A stretch of 64,000 nt of DNA from Eledone cirrhosa (Eukaryota): assembly GCA_964016885.1 (NCBI GenBank), contig CAXHJY010000661.1, forward strand, positions 1 through 64,000. The letters are read 5' to 3'. The position numbers and the translations under genes were made by a program. Below the pieces are notes generated by a model that made no database searches, was not told the origin of the DNA, and was given only the letters and a program-made list of their open reading frames with translations. Each line of letters begins with the position of its first letter. Within the stretch, counting starts at the first letter, position 1. Shown here in pieces: positions 62,111 through 64,000 of the stretch.

Positions 62111-63703
62111 TAATAATGAAGACTGAAAACGCAAATCTTTAAAATTAAGTCTAATGCCACTCGGTAACATCTTAATGTGAAGTTAAAAGTCTGAAGGGTC
62201 GTGAGAAATTTGAGTTTTCACCTATATCCGAATATAAAGAGATGCCGGATCATAAATTGCCGAGAAACCGGTGTTGTGCCTGTATCCATAGAATTAATGT
62301 GACAATGTGGGAATGTCTATGTAGTCGCTCATCTTAAGAAATAGCAGTCAAATTTCATTTAAATCCCATTTTACACTCTTTAATGGTACACATTTGATGG
62401 TGTGATTTTACGGGGGTTGGGTAAAATGTTCATAGAATGAAAAGTTCATATGCTGACCAAGATACTCTCATGGAATGACTAAATGAGGTTTATTTTTTAA
62501 TATAGTCCCTGGAAAGAAATAATGCAATTATGAATAAAAAGAGTTGAAATTAATGCATGCAAGATTTCACAGCCCTAGCATCACTCCTTCGTAGTTAACC
62601 TATGAACATTGAAACCAACCCTCGTATATGAGCTGTTTCTGAGACCCCCCTCCCCTCCAACCGCTGTAGGCTGGTCATAAATGGAATGTGTTGATAAGAG
62701 CTGACCAGAAGCTAGAAATCATTACAACTCACAGAAAATGATGCAGTAGAAATATACCTGGAAAACCTTACAGCATGATAAAGGGACTATACTGTGTGCT
62801 TTACTAAAGAAATTCCCTTCGTAAGCATATGGCTCCTAGCTTCGATCGATCTCAGCACCCGATAATTTGGACAAGTCTTTACCGCCACAGTCATAGATTG
62901 ACCAATGCTTTGTGAGTGAATTTCTTCTTTCTTTCTCTCTTTTTTTTGTTTACTCTTTAGTCGGTCAGGTCCTCGGTGACTGGTTGTAAGTGGGGAGGAC
63001 GTTATCCTTAAACCGGAAGCCTGGACGAAAAGCTTACAACAGAAGAAACTTTGAGCCAAATAAATTTTGGTGGAGGGTAAGTCGATGAAATCGATCCCAG
63101 TCCAAAAACTGGTACTTTATTTTATCGGCCCCGTAAAGATGAAAGACAAAGCAAAACTCGGCGGGATTTGAAACATCATCGACTAAATTGGCCAATGTGA
63201 CCTATTTTTAAGAGGGTGAAGTATAATTTGAGGGAGATTTAGCTGCTATTTCGCTCCGATAGAGCACCAATTATTTGGGCTTATGTCGATGATGGTGATG
63301 ATTGTGATAGGAATATTTTCTTACAAGTAAACAAATACTACAAAAGGAGTTGATAGCTGATTAGATATTAGATTGATCCCAGTACTTGACTGTTACTTTA
63401 TTTTATTGACCCCCGAAATAATAAAAAGTCGACCCCAGCCTTATTTGAACTCAAAACATAAAAGAAGATATCCAAAAGCATACAAAAATTAATTGATTCT
63501 AAACCCCACATGAAGTTATCAGGCCTTTAAAAACATTTCACCAGCCCCCAACACTGCTTTTCTTAAATAAATCCTTTCACAGTTATTCATCCCTGCAGCT
63601 TCCTGACCTCAAAACGGGTCAGTGTATGTAATTTTAATTATTTTTCAATAAAAAAAAAAATAATGATGATAATAATAATAACAACAATTCTACACACACA
63701 CAC

Positions 63704-63747
<44 letters not shown>

Positions 63748-64000
63748 CTTTGAAGATATCCTTCTCTCCAGCAATCTTTCTCTTCTTTTGTCTCTCACTT
63801 ATCTTTCTTTCTTTCTTTCTTTACCCTCTCTCTTTTTTTCACATCCATCTTCTATCATTTACCCCCCGCCCCACACCCTTTATAACTTCTCCCTCTTCAT
63901 ACCCCACCCCATCCACCACCACTCGTTTTCGTTTTTCAGAAAAATTGATGGATTTTTCAGAGATATTCACTTGGAAAGCAAAAGCAAACAAATAAATAAA

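Overview
Eukaryotic, AT-rich, repeat-saturated intergenic or intronic DNA. The tRNA-derived SINEs resemble octopus (cephalopod) families; this taxonomic call is an inference. No host gene is confidently identifiable, and nearly all long ORFs in the track (poly-IY) are artefacts of (TA)n microsatellite. Real coding remnants are two near-identical 5'-truncated CR1/L2-group LINE RTs inside a ~6.9 kb tandem duplication, a divergent inverted pair of Penelope-like elements (RT plus GIY-YIG, Neptune-like), and fragments of RTE, CR1 and CRE-type elements. The main hidden signal is an ecosystem of hammerhead ribozyme (HHR) elements inserted in the TA tracts. It has three parts: (i) a 10-copy ~476 bp tandem array with an intact minimal type I HHR in each unit (retrozyme-like); (ii) more than ten unrelated families of short asymmetric fold-back (hairpin) insertions, most carrying an HHR or HHR variant, one of which shares both termini with the large Penelope pair; (iii) a tRNA-like sequence fused exactly at a predicted HHR cleavage site. 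All ribozyme calls are by-eye structure matches and have not been tested computationally or experimentally.
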